A DNA stretch of 64,000 nt, from positions 117,924,001 to 117,988,000 of the forward strand of contig OZ024741.1 in NCBI GenBank assembly GCA_964016885.1, given 5' to 3'. How positions within the stretch are numbered: position 1 is the stretch's first letter; each line of letters opens with the position of its first letter. Source of the DNA: Eledone cirrhosa (lineage: Eukaryota). Both the position numbers and the translations under genes were made by a program. Below are positions 1 to 12,842 of the stretch, piece after piece. The notes below the pieces were generated by a model. The model worked only from the letters and a program-made list of their open reading frames with translations. It ran no database searches and was not told where the DNA came from.

Positions 1-1298
<1,298 letters not shown>

Positions 1299-1428
1299 CA
1301 GGTAAGTATTTTTTCTTGATTATAAGATTGTATTACTTATCCAAAATCTTACGTTAAAAATTTTTCATCTTGATGTTATATGTCTGAATTATTGTTGGCT
1401 TTTTGCTTACATTAATCTCTCTATTTTC

Positions 1429-1486
<58 letters not shown>

Positions 1487-1490
<4 letters not shown>

Positions 1491-1942
1491 GATATTAAAT
1501 AAATGGAAACTATATTTATAAAACCATATTTATTTCATTATATATATTTCAGGGATATCATATTAACAATATGTTATGCCTTCTTCAGACAAAATACAAT
1601 ATAGACAGTTTTATAGATAAATAGATTTGACATACCGTTCAACATCGACTTGTATTTGAAAAAGTTGATTTGGCAGTCAATGTTGATTTGGCAGTCGATG
1701 TTGAACGGTATGTCAAATCTATTTATCTATAAAACTGTCTATATTGTATTTTGTCTGAAGAAGGCATAACATATTGTTAATATGATATCCCTGAAATATA
1801 TATAATGAAATAAATATGGTTTTATAAATATAGTTTCCATTTATTTAATATCGTAAATATACTCCAAATACTTGTTGAGTGCTTTTATATCAGTTATAAA
1901 TATTTACTAGTTGTAACCCAACAATTTAAATATAACTTTCCA
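1487..1942. mobile_element. Fold-back PLE end insertion between (TA)n arrays
   Basis: Inverted arms about 1487-1650 and 1693-1855, then a unique tail 1856-1941. Each arm carries a hammerhead. Confidence 0.85.
1747..1812 (+). ncRNA. Type I hammerhead ribozyme (minimal stem III)
   Basis: tattttgt-CTGAAGA(1755)-agg..catatt gtt aatatg..cct-GAAA-tatat-ATA|atgaaata; mirrored on the minus strand in the left arm. Confidence 0.75.
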
Positions 1943-1961
1943 TATATATATATATATATAT

Positions 1962-2187
1962 GGTCGTGATTTTTCACGAGTACTCTATCTCAAAATTATT
2001 TTTGAAAAGCATAAGAAATGCGCAACCGGTAAAAACTTAAAACTAAAACTGAATACTAACTATTACTTATTACTAATTTATACTTATTCCTAATTAAACT
2101 ATTTTTCACTGGGAAAAATTTGTCACCATTTTCTTTTCCTTTTTACTAATATATCACAACTCGTGTGTCACACCTCTATTTTTTTAA
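1962..2187 (+). mobile_element. PLE end fragment (family Z) with variant hammerhead
   Basis: Homologous to 11965-12190. TTGAAAA(2002-2008)-GCAT aagaa ATGC-GCAA-CCG-GTA|AAAA. Flanked by (TA)n. Confidence 0.7.
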
Positions 2188-2300
2188 TATATATATATAT
2201 ACATCCATTCTCATATATGCATATATATATATATATAGAGAGAGAGGGGGGGAGATATATGTAAAGTTACTAATTAAGACTATTAAAACCACTGATGATA

Positions 2301-2490
2301 ATTGTTTCTACTTTTTGGCACAAGGCCAGCAATTACCCAGTACATTACTGGTACTTTATTTTATCGACTCCGTAAGGATGAAAGGCAAAATTAACCTCGG
2401 TGGGATTTGAAATCAGACAATAAAGGGCCGTAAGTCCATGCTGCATAGCATGGCGTCCGACCCTCTACCGGTACTACCAATCTACCGACC
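2301..2490 (-). mobile_element. tRNA-derived SINE family S1 (Meta-domain-like)
   Basis: A box tggcagtatcgg and B box gagttcaaatcc in the family consensus; core gcctttcatccttacggggtcgataaaataaagtaccag; more than 15 copies in the window. Confidence 0.85.
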
Positions 2491-2837
2491 TGGTTGACGA
2501 TAATAATGATAACAACAACAATATATAATATAAATGTGTGTGTGTGCGTGTTTATGTACGTATGTGTGCCTATCTAAACCACCATTCGTAATCGAGTGTT
2601 ACTCATAGTGTATACCAATGTCATTGTTAAAAGCTTTAGGTGCTCGTGATGGATCGAGCAGATGCACATTCCTAACTGATCCCTCCCTTGATCCAGAGAA
2701 ACACCCAGATGTAACAACTGGAAGGATGAAATCCCAAGTAAACCTCAGTGGGATTTCAGCTTCCAGCGTTGAGAGCCAGAACAAATACCCAACGCTCCAA
2801 CGACACGGTCAAACTGACCGTGTTATGTATGTATGTA

Positions 2838-3080
2838 TGTTCTCTTTCTCTTAATTTCGAGTACAATTTTGACCGGCCACCATCCTAATATCAAGGTTGT
2901 AAAAAGAAAAGCAATTGTCATCCCTTGAATCGCAAGAATGTTTTGCAACTTTTGAAGGTTCCAACTATCGCAGCCATTTGTAGTTTATGAATTAGGGAGC
3001 TGCGCTCTTTGTCCACAAATCCAAGTTCAGTTATACTTTGGTCTAAGCGGGTTGGTATATAACCTGTAGCTCCAATATTT
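2838..3080 (-). mobile_element. 3' fragment of RLE-type (R4/Dong-like) non-LTR retrotransposon
   Basis: Minus strand encodes IGATGYIPTRLDQSITELGFVDKERSSLIHKLQMAAIVGTFKSCKTFLRF, resembling R4-clade C-termini; abuts (ATGT)n. Confidence 0.55.
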
Positions 3081-3417
3081 GAGCACGTTTACAAAGTGTG
3101 GTCCCAAACATTACTGTTCCATTAATGTATGTATGCAAAACCTGGCGAAACAACGTACGTGATATGCAACAAAGAGTGTAGAACTAGTTCCGGACTAAAA
3201 AAAACACATGATAGTGCATAAAGGTTGTGTCCCACAGGGTAACACCACCGGTCCTGTGGAAAGCACAGCTCTCTTCTGTTGCCAATGTCGTACTATGCAG
3301 ATCTACGAGTCCATAAAGTCATCAACGAAGTAATGGACACAGATGGGATGACAATAAAGAATCAATGAGACGGCAATCGTCTGTGAAGACGCTGCAATCC
3401 TAATGTATGTATGTATG

Positions 3418-3700
3418 TCCTCACATAATTTTGACTGACCACCTTCCCGGTGTTAAGGTTGTAAAGAAAAGGAAACTTTCGTTGTCCCTTGTACAATCGT
3501 TCATCCGTTAAATCGTATGAATCTTTTACAGATTTTGAAGGTTCCAGATATCGTGGCCATTTGTAATTTATGAATTAAGGACTCACGTTCTTTCTCCACA
3601 AATATCAATTCAGTTATATTTTGTTCTAGACGAATTCGTATATAACCTGTAACTCCAATAATAACGGGTACGAAGCTAAATGTGTATCTTAGATACTGGA
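3418..3700 (-). mobile_element. Second R4/Dong-like 3' fragment
   Basis: Diverged copy of 2838-3080 (YTFSFVPVIIGVTGYI..LIHKLQMATISGTFKICK); also abuts (ATGT)n. Confidence 0.55.
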
Positions 3701-3730
3701 TATGTATGTTTGTGTGTGTGTGTGTGTATA

Positions 3731-3949
3731 CAGTGTGAGCATAAAGTCTTTCTCTGATTATAAGTCGTTCCCTGATTATAAAATACCATATCTCGGATAC
3801 TATTTGAGATTTTACTTTTTCATTGTTTTAATTTATAAATTTCAAGTTTAAAGTTTTTCTGAACAGGTTTTACATTTTTTTCTTCTACAGAAAGTAGTTG
3901 TAACAAAATGGCATCTATGAAACAGTCAGGGATAGACTTTATGCTCACC

Positions 3950-3952
<3 letters not shown>
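3731..3952. mobile_element. Tc1/mariner non-autonomous MITE
   Basis: TIRs cagtgtgagcataaagtc.. and ..gactttatgctcaccctg, flanked by TA. Confidence 0.8.
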
Positions 3953-4038
<86 letters not shown>

Positions 4039-4269
4039 TATAAGTATTAATAAAATAGATGTTCTTTTGATCAATTACATTTTATTATACATATTTCGGA
4101 TGTACAACAGTACGTCCTCATCAGACAAAATATAATGATACATGACATACCCTGAGATGTTAAATGGTTAAGATTTAATCAAGGTATTGAAAAAAAGGTA
4201 TCGAGGTATAATCTTAACCATTTAACATCTCAGGGTATGTCATGTATCATTATATTTTGTCTGATGAGG

Positions 4270-4455
4270 GCGATGGATTGGCAGTATCGGTAGAGGGTCG
4301 GACGCCATGCTTTGACGCATAGAGTTACGGCCCTTGCCATTCTGAGTTCAAATCCCGCCGAGGTTAACTTTACCTTTCATCCTTACGGGGTCGATAAAAT
4401 AAAGTACCAGTAATACACTGGAATAATTGCTGGCCCTGTGCCAATAGTAGAAACA
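4270..4455 (+). mobile_element. SINE S1 with 21-bp target-site duplication
   Basis: TSD attatattttgtctgatgagg at 4249-4269 and 4456-4476. Confidence 0.9.
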
Positions 4456-4460
4456 ATTAT

Positions 4461-4513
4461 ATTTTGTCTGATGAGGACGTACTGTTGTACATCCGAAATA
4501 TGTATAATAAAAT
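4461..4513 (+). ncRNA. Type I hammerhead ribozyme
   Basis: attttgt-CTGATGA(4468)-ggacgtac tgtt gtacatcc-GAAA-tatgt-ATA|ataaaat. Confidence 0.8.
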
Positions 4514-4653
4514 GTAATTGATCAAAAGAACATCTATTTTATTAATACTTATATTTTAATCTTAATAACTCCAGAAAATTATTTTCCCGTAGAGTGCTTC
4601 CAATCTACTGTAAAACTCATTCTTTGACATAATCATTGAATATTGTTTAACAA

Positions 4654-4710
<57 letters not shown>

Positions 4711-4715
4711 TATAT

Positions 4716-4906
4716 ATAACGAAGGAAATGCGGTAAGGAACCAGATGGACCATAACGCACCAAAGTACTCAATACTTAGGGTAGTAGAGTGGGTAATAGG
4801 AACAAGTATGACCCCGACGGCAGAGCTCAAGCCGTTTCGACGGCTAATCCAGAATTAGCCGTCGAAACGGCTTGAGCTCTGCGGTCGGGGTCATACTTGT
4901 TCCTAT
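4716..4906. mobile_element. Family X fold-back PLE end
   Basis: Tail on the left, arms 4797-4848 and 4854-4905, (TA)n flanks. Confidence 0.85.
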
Positions 4907-4989
4907 ATATATATATATATATATGTATAGTATATTTTGCAATATACTGTATGTTTAATTAAAAACATTTTGAAAACCATACGTTTTTA

Positions 4990-5275
4990 AAGTAGTGACT
5001 TTATGAATTTGGTTTCTGTGCAAGAACTCGATTTCTGGCTGTGTATGGTTCAGCAAGAAAATGTAGATATTTGCCGCAATCATTGTAATAGTAATCCATC
5101 TGTAACTTTTAGCTACACCTAAATTACCTTTCTTGAGAAATAGGAGAATACAACCTTCAGTCCACTTTTCAATTATACTTTGATTGTATACTGCATTACA
5201 AAATTGAAGGAAGGTATCATTCAATAGCCCTGTCTCGCAGATTCTTGCTGACATAGTATCAGGGCCAGCTGCTTT
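4990..5275 (-). pseudogene. RTE-like LINE reverse transcriptase fragment
   Basis: KAAGPD..EKWTEGCILLFLKKGNLGVAKSYRWIT resembles the non-LTR RT N-terminal motifs (K.PGPD, W..G.I.P.PKKG....NYR.IT). Confidence 0.65.
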
Positions 5276-5307
5276 AACCCTTTAGCATTTGCATTACTCT
5301 ATATATA

Positions 5308-5701
5308 CTGCGGTGGATTGGCAGTATCGGTAGAGGGTCGGAGGCCATGCTTTGAGGCATAGAGTTACCTCCCTGTATGATCTGAGTTCAAATCCCGCCG
5401 AGGTTAACTTTGCCTTTCATCCTTACGGGGTCGATAAAATAAAGTACCAGTAATGCACTGGGTAATTGCTGGCCTTGTGCCAAAAGTAGAAACAATTACT
5501 CTATATATACTGCGGTGGATTTGGCAGTATCGGTAAAGAGTCAGACACCATGCTTTACAGCATAGAGTTACGGCCCTTTTCGGTCTGAGTTCAAATCCCG
5601 CCGAGGTTAACTTTGCCTTTCAACCTTATGGGGCCGATAAAATAAAGTACCAGTAATTCACTGGGATAATTGCTGGCCTTGTGCCAAAAGTTGAAACAAT
5701 T
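5308..5701 (+). mobile_element. Tandem pair of SINE S1
   Basis: Two copies, separated and flanked by attactctatatata. Confidence 0.85.
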
Positions 5702-6041
5702 ACTCTATATATAATATATTTTCGTGATAAAGTATTTTACCTTACATAACTAATTAGAGTTAGCATTTTGGATGCTTCAGCTCATAATAGATAAATATAC
5801 CCCCGCCCCCATCGCCTCTCTCTCATCTCCTTCTCTCTTTCCTCCCTCCCTCTCTCTCTCTCTCTGATCTGACCCGGGGAGAAACAGAAACGATCTCCGC
5901 AAGGTGTAAATGTCAGAGACCACCCTATATCACGACGACGTCGCTCGTACGGCTCCACCAAGAGTTAAAGCAGAAACATTATAACGCAGCATATGACATA
6001 AAATACTGGATTAAGCCCTTATTCTTTATATATATATATAT

Positions 6042-6128
<87 letters not shown>

Positions 6129-6130
6129 AT

Positions 6131-6410
6131 ATATTGTTATACTTTGTGAGGGTCATGCTGCCAATTAAAAACACACCTGTTGATTTTTACTTCAATTTAT
6201 TATAAATTTCCGGCTGGTTAGTTGGTTTGATAACCCGAAGGTTGTTTATATATTGTCAAAGCTCTTTCGTCACACATTCTGTGACCTCCTCAGTGACTAG
6301 GTTTTTATTTTTTGTTTCTCCTTTGTTCAGTCCTACACCATCTTGTTTTTGTGTGTTGTGTGCTAGTGACAAACAAATAAACACATAAATAAATAAATAA
6401 AAAACACACA
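6131..6410 (-). mobile_element. PLE end fragment (family Y) with hammerhead at 6255-6297
   Basis: Minus strand: gtca-CTGAGGA-g gtcaca gaatg tgtgac-GAAAG ag CTT|tgac. Related copies at 18285-18460, 22862-23203 and 27729-27872. Confidence 0.75.
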
Positions 6411-6529
6411 CACCCGGGTGTAACGCATGCGCAAACTAAGCACACAACACAAATTTGACCCTCAAAATCACTGTGTGTCTTATAAGGCGAAGGTCAGATT
6501 TGAGGTAATTACCCCATGTAAAAATTCGG

Positions 6530-6840
6530 ACAAGAAAAAAGATACTATACTGTAGTATTGACTTGTAGCGCAGCTGGTACGAAACTGCCACCACTTCTAA
6601 TACTTAATATTTAAAAGAAAAACATTTCCAAAAGACACTTTTCCATCAGGAATTGTTATTCATGTCCACTCCAAGGGGTGGATGAACGAAAATGGCGTTA
6701 AGTTATGTCTAGATAAAGTATGGTCGCGGCGTCATGGTGCTTTATGGTGCGACCATCACTTTTTGTTTGGGACCATTTTCGTGCACAACCGAGAATAAAG
6801 TGAGGATAAAGAACTTAAACACTGAAATAGCTGTCATATA
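6530..6840 (+). pseudogene. pogo/Tigger DDE_1 transposase remnant
   Basis: TVVLTCSAAGTKLPPLLI..FPSGIVIHVHSKGWMNENGVK..VWDHFRA, with frameshifts. Confidence 0.65.
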
Positions 6841-7096
6841 AAGTGCGTAACTTTATATGATTTGTTATGTTATATGCCAATATATTATAATATTGTTATT
6901 ATAGTGTTATTGTAATATTTATATTGTTTGTGCAAATTGACCGGAGATTATAAATTATATAGTATATTATATATTATATTTTTATTTTTATTCATTTCTT
7001 TATCATTTTATACTGTAAATAATATATGTATTATATTTATATTTAAACTCTTAATAAGTGTTAGTTTTGTGTTTTTTTATTGATGGATATGTGTAT

Positions 7097-7164
<68 letters not shown>

Positions 7165-7405
7165 GTGTGTATATTGGGCCTTTTAATATTATTATTATTG
7201 TCATTATCAATTATATTATATTATATTATATTATATTATATATCGTACTGTAATTCTCGCTTTATTTCACCACTTGTGTTTAGCTTTAGTTTTTGCATTG
7301 TACTATATTTGTAATATGGGTTCAAAATGTTATTCACTTCCTTAGCAATTTTTACTTGATAATTTGTTGGCTTGTATTGGCCGATAGTGCTTCTTATAGC
7401 TTTAC

Positions 7406-7447
7406 TTGCCCTGATGAGTCCTTAATAGGACGAAACATTGTTGGCTA
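7406..7447 (+). ncRNA. Minimal type I hammerhead ribozyme
   Basis: gcc-CTGATGA(7411)-gtcc ttaata ggac-GAAAC att GTT|ggc, about 50 bp before (TA)n. Confidence 0.8.
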
Positions 7448-7490
7448 ATAAAGAATTTTGATGTATTGAAGGCTTCTTTGATTTATTTTC

Positions 7491-7546
<56 letters not shown>

Positions 7547-7828
7547 CATCAATGATATTAATAAATGGAAACTATATTTATAAAACCATATTTATTCTAT
7601 TATATATAAAATACAAAGTTTGTTTTATAAATATTGACATCGTACTCCAGAAAACTTGTCGAGTGCTTCGTGTCAGTTATAAACATGTATTTGTATCCCT
7701 TTTGCTTATATATACATACATATATATATATATATACATACATATATATATATACATACATATACATACACACATATATATACATACATATATATATATA
7801 TATACATATATACACACATATATATATA

Positions 7829-9436
7829 CAGTGCCCCGCAAAAGTTTACAACACATTAGGAAAAGTGCGGTTTTAGGTATTTTTAATAAAGTTATGGTAA
7901 TGAAAATTTAACTACTGATAGAACATATAATGAGGCATTTAATGATACAATCATATTTTTAAAAAAATAACAAGGAAATAACTCATGAAGAAAAAAAATC
8001 AATATTTTTATAACGCAAAAGTTTACAACACATCTTATATTTATAGCTTTTTTTCAAGAAAATTCTTAAATTTTCAGATTTAAAATGCAGTAGAATGTTC
8101 TAGATTAGGTTTAAAGTAACTTCTAAGGACAATTAAAAACATTATGTCATTATTTGTCTGACAACCATCCTGTAAACATTGACAACCGTCCTGTAAACAT
8201 TGACAATATGGGGAAAAATAAACTGATTGATTAAGACCTCCGTAAACGCATTGAAGACCTTCATACAAATGGTGTTGGTTATAGAAAGATATCTTGTCAG
8301 TTAAATGTGCCATTGAGTTCAGTTGGTACTATAATTCGTCACTGGAAATCTCATCATTCCATCTGTCCTCTAATTAGTTCTGGTCGTCCTAGAAAGATAA
8401 CGGAACGTGCAGCTCGGTTATTGACGAGAAAGGTTGGCAACGAACCCCGGTGTACTCTTAAAAATCTTCAGGATGACCTAGAAGGAAGTGGAGTAAAAGT
8501 GAGCACAGATACAATTAGTCGTTCACTTCGTCGATATGATATCTTCTCGAGGTCTCCAAGGAAAACACCACTTCTTACGAGGAAACACGTTCTTCGTCGA
8601 TTAAACTTTGCAAATGAGCATCTCATCAAACCTGCGTCATTTTGGGAAGATGTACTTTGGTCGGACGAAACAAAAATTGAACTTTTTGGTCGAAATGCTG
8701 TGGCAAAAGTCTGGAGAAAGAAAAGTACGGAATATTCGCCGAAGAATACTATTCGAACTGTAAAATTTGGAGGTGGATCAATCATGGTCTGGGGTTGCTT
8801 TAGTGCCACAGGTGTAGGAAATATTGAAATAATAGAAGGAAGAATGGATAGCGCTTATTATAGAGGTATTTTACAAAGGAATTTACATCGAAGTGCACAT
8901 TCTCTCAGCTTAAAGTCAGGTTGGTTTTTTCAACAAGATAACGATCCAAAGCATACTGCAAAGCTAACACAATCTTGGTTAAGTACGAATGGAATAAATG
9001 TTCTAAAATGGCCATGTCAGTCTCCAGATCTTAACCCGATCGAAAATTTGTGGAGAGAACTGAAACTCAGAATTCAAAAAAGGAAACCCCAAAATATCCC
9101 TGAAATAAAGAAAATTTGTTGTGAAGAATGGAAAAATATTAGCCAAGAAACATGCAAAAAGTTTGTAGGAGGCTACTCCAAACGCCTACAGCAACAAAGG
9201 TTACGCTACGAAATATTAAGAGATGATTTAATAAATGTGTTGTACACTTTTGCGTTATAAAAATATTGATTTTTCTTCATGAGTTATTTCCTTGTTATTT
9301 TTTTAAAAATATGATTGTATCATTAAATGCCTCATTATATGTTCTATCAGTAGTTAAATTTTCATTACCATAACTTTATTAAAAATACCTAAAACCGCAT
9401 TTTTCCTAATGTGTTGTAAACTTTTGCGGGGCCCTG
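7829..9436 (+). mobile_element. Tc1 (DD34E) transposon with IR/DR-type long TIRs
   Basis: TA|cagtgccccgcaaaag .. cttttgcggggccctg|TA; TIRs of about 205 bp, each with two gcaaaagt(t/g)tacaacaca repeats. Confidence 0.95.
8208..9219 (+). pseudogene. Tc1 transposase, disrupted
   Basis: ATG at 8208 (MGKNKLID*), TAA at codon 9. Motifs WSDETK, FQQDNDPKH, SPDLNPIENLW. A small deletion near 9190 shifts the frame before the typical NKGYATKY* end. Confidence 0.9.
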
Positions 9437-9526
9437 TATATACAAATATACATATACATATATATATATATACATATACAAATATACATACATATATATA
9501 TACATACACACATATATATATATATA

Positions 9527-9713
9527 ATTATTTCTAATTATGGCACAAGGCCAGCAATGATCCCAGTGTATTACTGGTACTTTATTTTATCGACCCCGTA
9601 AGGATGAAAGGCAAAGTTAACCTCGGCGGGATTTGAACTCAGATCATAACGGGCCGTAACTCTTTGCTGCAAAGCATGGCGACCGACCCTCTACCGATAC
9701 TGCCAATCCACCA
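9527..9713 (-). mobile_element. SINE S1
   Basis: Full-length match to the family. Confidence 0.85.
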
Positions 9714-9730
9714 TAATAATATTATATTAT

Positions 9731-9947
<217 letters not shown>

Positions 9948-10014
9948 TTCCTGTTCTACTCTATCTTCCCCAACAACCCCACTTAAGGATATTTACATTG
10001 TACATTTACCATTC

Positions 10015-10126
10015 TGCTCTGAGGAAACAGTGGTCACAGCATTGGATATTCGAGTTCTGCAAGTACTTGTGAATTTGCACGTAGCGTAACTAGGCTGCAG
10101 TACCACCGTGGAAACACTTGTAAGCA
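10015..10126 (+). ncRNA. Hammerhead ribozyme with extended stem II
   Basis: tgct-CTGAGGA(10019)-a acagtggt..accaccgt g-GAAAC actt GTA|agca, inside a 235-bp island between (TA)n arrays. Confidence 0.65.
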
Positions 10127-10173
10127 CACGGAATAAATTACCTTTTTATGATGTCTACCTGTTATTATTCATT

Positions 10174-10204
<31 letters not shown>

Positions 10205-10671
10205 CTGGTAAACGGAATAGAAAATGCTGACAAATTGTTCACAGTTGAAAAATGGTTTAATTAGGAATAAAAGAGTACTAGTGATTGTATGGGTTAGTAT
10301 TCAGTTGTGGTTTTAAGTTTTTACCGGTTGCGCATTTCTAAATGCTTTTCAAAAATAATTTTGAGATAGAGTGCCCGTGCTGTTTGCTCTGATCTGATTA
10401 GTTTTGGGAATTCTACCTGTTTTTATGTTAAAAAAGTGGCTCCAGCGTTACTTTGGTGTTGCAAAATTTCTTGTGGTCAAAACAATTTTGATTGGTCGGT
10501 AGAGGTCATGTGAGTGTAAAAAATTGATTTTGCGCCAAGACTGTTTTTATGTTAAAAAAGTGGCTCCAGCAACAATTCTTGTGGTCAAAACAATTTTGAT
10601 TGGTCGGTAGAGGTCATGTGAATAAAAAATTGATTTTGCGCCAAGATTGAGAAATGACTCTTTCACAACAA

Positions 10672-10731
<60 letters not shown>

Positions 10732-10806
10732 TAGTAGTAGTAGTAGTAAGGTGTTCGATGTTGTGATAATGGTTAGCAGCGATGTGTGTCAAATGGCTAT
10801 TGAGAT

Positions 10807-10845
<39 letters not shown>

Positions 10846-11333
10846 GCAGAGTAATTCGTGGTGGCAGGGATGGTCAGTAAGAATGTGTCTGAAAGCAATG
10901 GGGGGTATTTTAGCATGTCAAAAGATATTTTTCAGCTTTTGTCTTATACGGAGAAGTGCGCGTGTGTGTGTGTATATAAGTCTCTTTGTATGTTGATGTA
11001 TGTTGAGGTATTTTTAATAAAGTTATGGTAATGAAAATTTAACTACTGATAGAACATATAATGAGGCATTTAATGATACAATCATATTTTAAAAAAAATA
11101 ACAAGGAAATAACTCATGAAGAAAAATCAATATTTTTATAACGCAAAAGTGTACAACACATTTATTAAATCATCTCTTAATATTTCGTAGCGTAACCTTT
11201 GTTGCTGTAGGCGTTTAGAGTAGCCTCCTACAAACTTTTTGCATGTTTCTTGGCTAATATTTTTCCATTCTTCACAACAATCGAATAATGTACACCATTT
11301 TACCAGGGGGAAAAAAATACTGGTCCACCCACA

Positions 11334-11370
<37 letters not shown>

Positions 11371-11545
11371 CACACACACATACACACGCGTACATCAACA
11401 TACAAAGAGACTTATATACACACACACACACGCACTTCTCCGTATATGACAAAAGCTGAAAAATATCTTTTGACATGCTAAAATACCCCCCATTGCTTTC
11501 AGACACATTCTTACTGACCATCCCTGCCACCACGAATTACTCTGC

Positions 11546-11588
<43 letters not shown>

Positions 11589-12190
11589 ATCTCAATAGCC
11601 ATTTGACACACATCGCTGCTAACCATTATCACAACATCGAACACCTTACTACTACTACTACTACTACTACACACACACACACACACACACATATTTGTTG
11701 TGAAAGAGTCATTTCTCAATCTTGGCGCAAAACCAATTTTTTATTCACATGACCTCTACCGACCAATCAAAATTGTTGCTGGAGCCACTTTTTTAACATA
11801 AAAACAGTCTTGGCGCAAAATCAATTTTTTACACTCACATGACCTCTACCGACCAATCAAAATTGTTTTGACCACAAGAAATTTTGCAACACCAAAGTAA
11901 CGCTGGAGCCACTTTTTTAACATAAAAACAGGTAGAATTCCCAAAACTAATCAGATCAGAGCAAACAACACGGGCACTCTATCTCAAAATTATTTTTGAA
12001 AAGCATTTAGAAATGCGCAACCGGTAAAAACTTAAAAACTTAAAACCACAACTGAATACTAACCCATACAATCACTAATACTCTTTTATTCCTAATTAAA
12101 CCATTTTTCAACTGTGAACAATTTGTCAGCATTTTCTATTCCGTTTACCAATATATAATAACTTGTGTGTTACACCTCTATTCTTTTAAC
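10205..12190. mobile_element. Large family Z fold-back PLE insertion
   Basis: Arms about 10205-11000 and 11391-12150, tail 12151-12190. Variant hammerhead TTGAAAA(11996)-gcattt ag aaatgc-GCAA-ccg-GTA|aaaa, mirrored at about 10320-10355. Confidence 0.85.
11006..11280 (-). repeat. Inverted copy of the Tc1 right end (9116-9390)
   Basis: About 275 bp with only a couple of mismatches; shares the frameshifting deletion. Confidence 0.9.
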
Positions 12191-12373
12191 TATATATATA
12201 TATATATAAGATGGTTCCATATATATATATATAAGATGCTTCCATATATATATATATATAAGATACTTCCATAGGCGGTATATATATAATAATATTATAT
12301 CATACTCTGTTCTGTAAGAACATAGAGTGCTTAACCGGCATACCGCCTATGGAAGCATCTTAGCTACCATCAG

Positions 12374-12415
<42 letters not shown>

Positions 12416-12510
12416 GAACGAGTAGGACCCCTATTACCCACTCTATTACCCTAAGTATTGAGTACTTTGGTGCGTTATGGTCCATCTGGTTCTTTACCAC
12501 ATTTCCTTCG

Positions 12511-12591
<81 letters not shown>

Positions 12592-12842
12592 TATAAATGA
12601 AAATAGAGAAATTAATGTAAGCAAAATGCCAACAATAATTCAGACATATAAGTGACTATACCATCAAGATGAAAAAATGTTTAATGTAAGATGAGGGAAA
12701 AGTAATACAATCTTAATTTAAAACAAATCAGGAAGAAAAACTTTATCCTCAGACTTTGTGTAAGTTGGGGAGAAAGCAGTACAATCTTAATTAAAAATGA
12801 AATCAAGAAGAAATACTTAACCGTCAAATATATATATATATA

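Larger units (their letters stand above)
4032..4658. mobile_element. Fold-back PLE end insertion interrupted by a SINE
   Basis: Arms about 4032-4175 and 4210-4560 (excluding the SINE), tail 4561-4657, (TA)n on both sides. Confidence 0.85.

Noticed and set aside
4270-4455. tRNA genes at SINE heads
   Set aside because: A/B boxes are present but continue into SINE bodies in many diverged copies; no proper cloverleaf.
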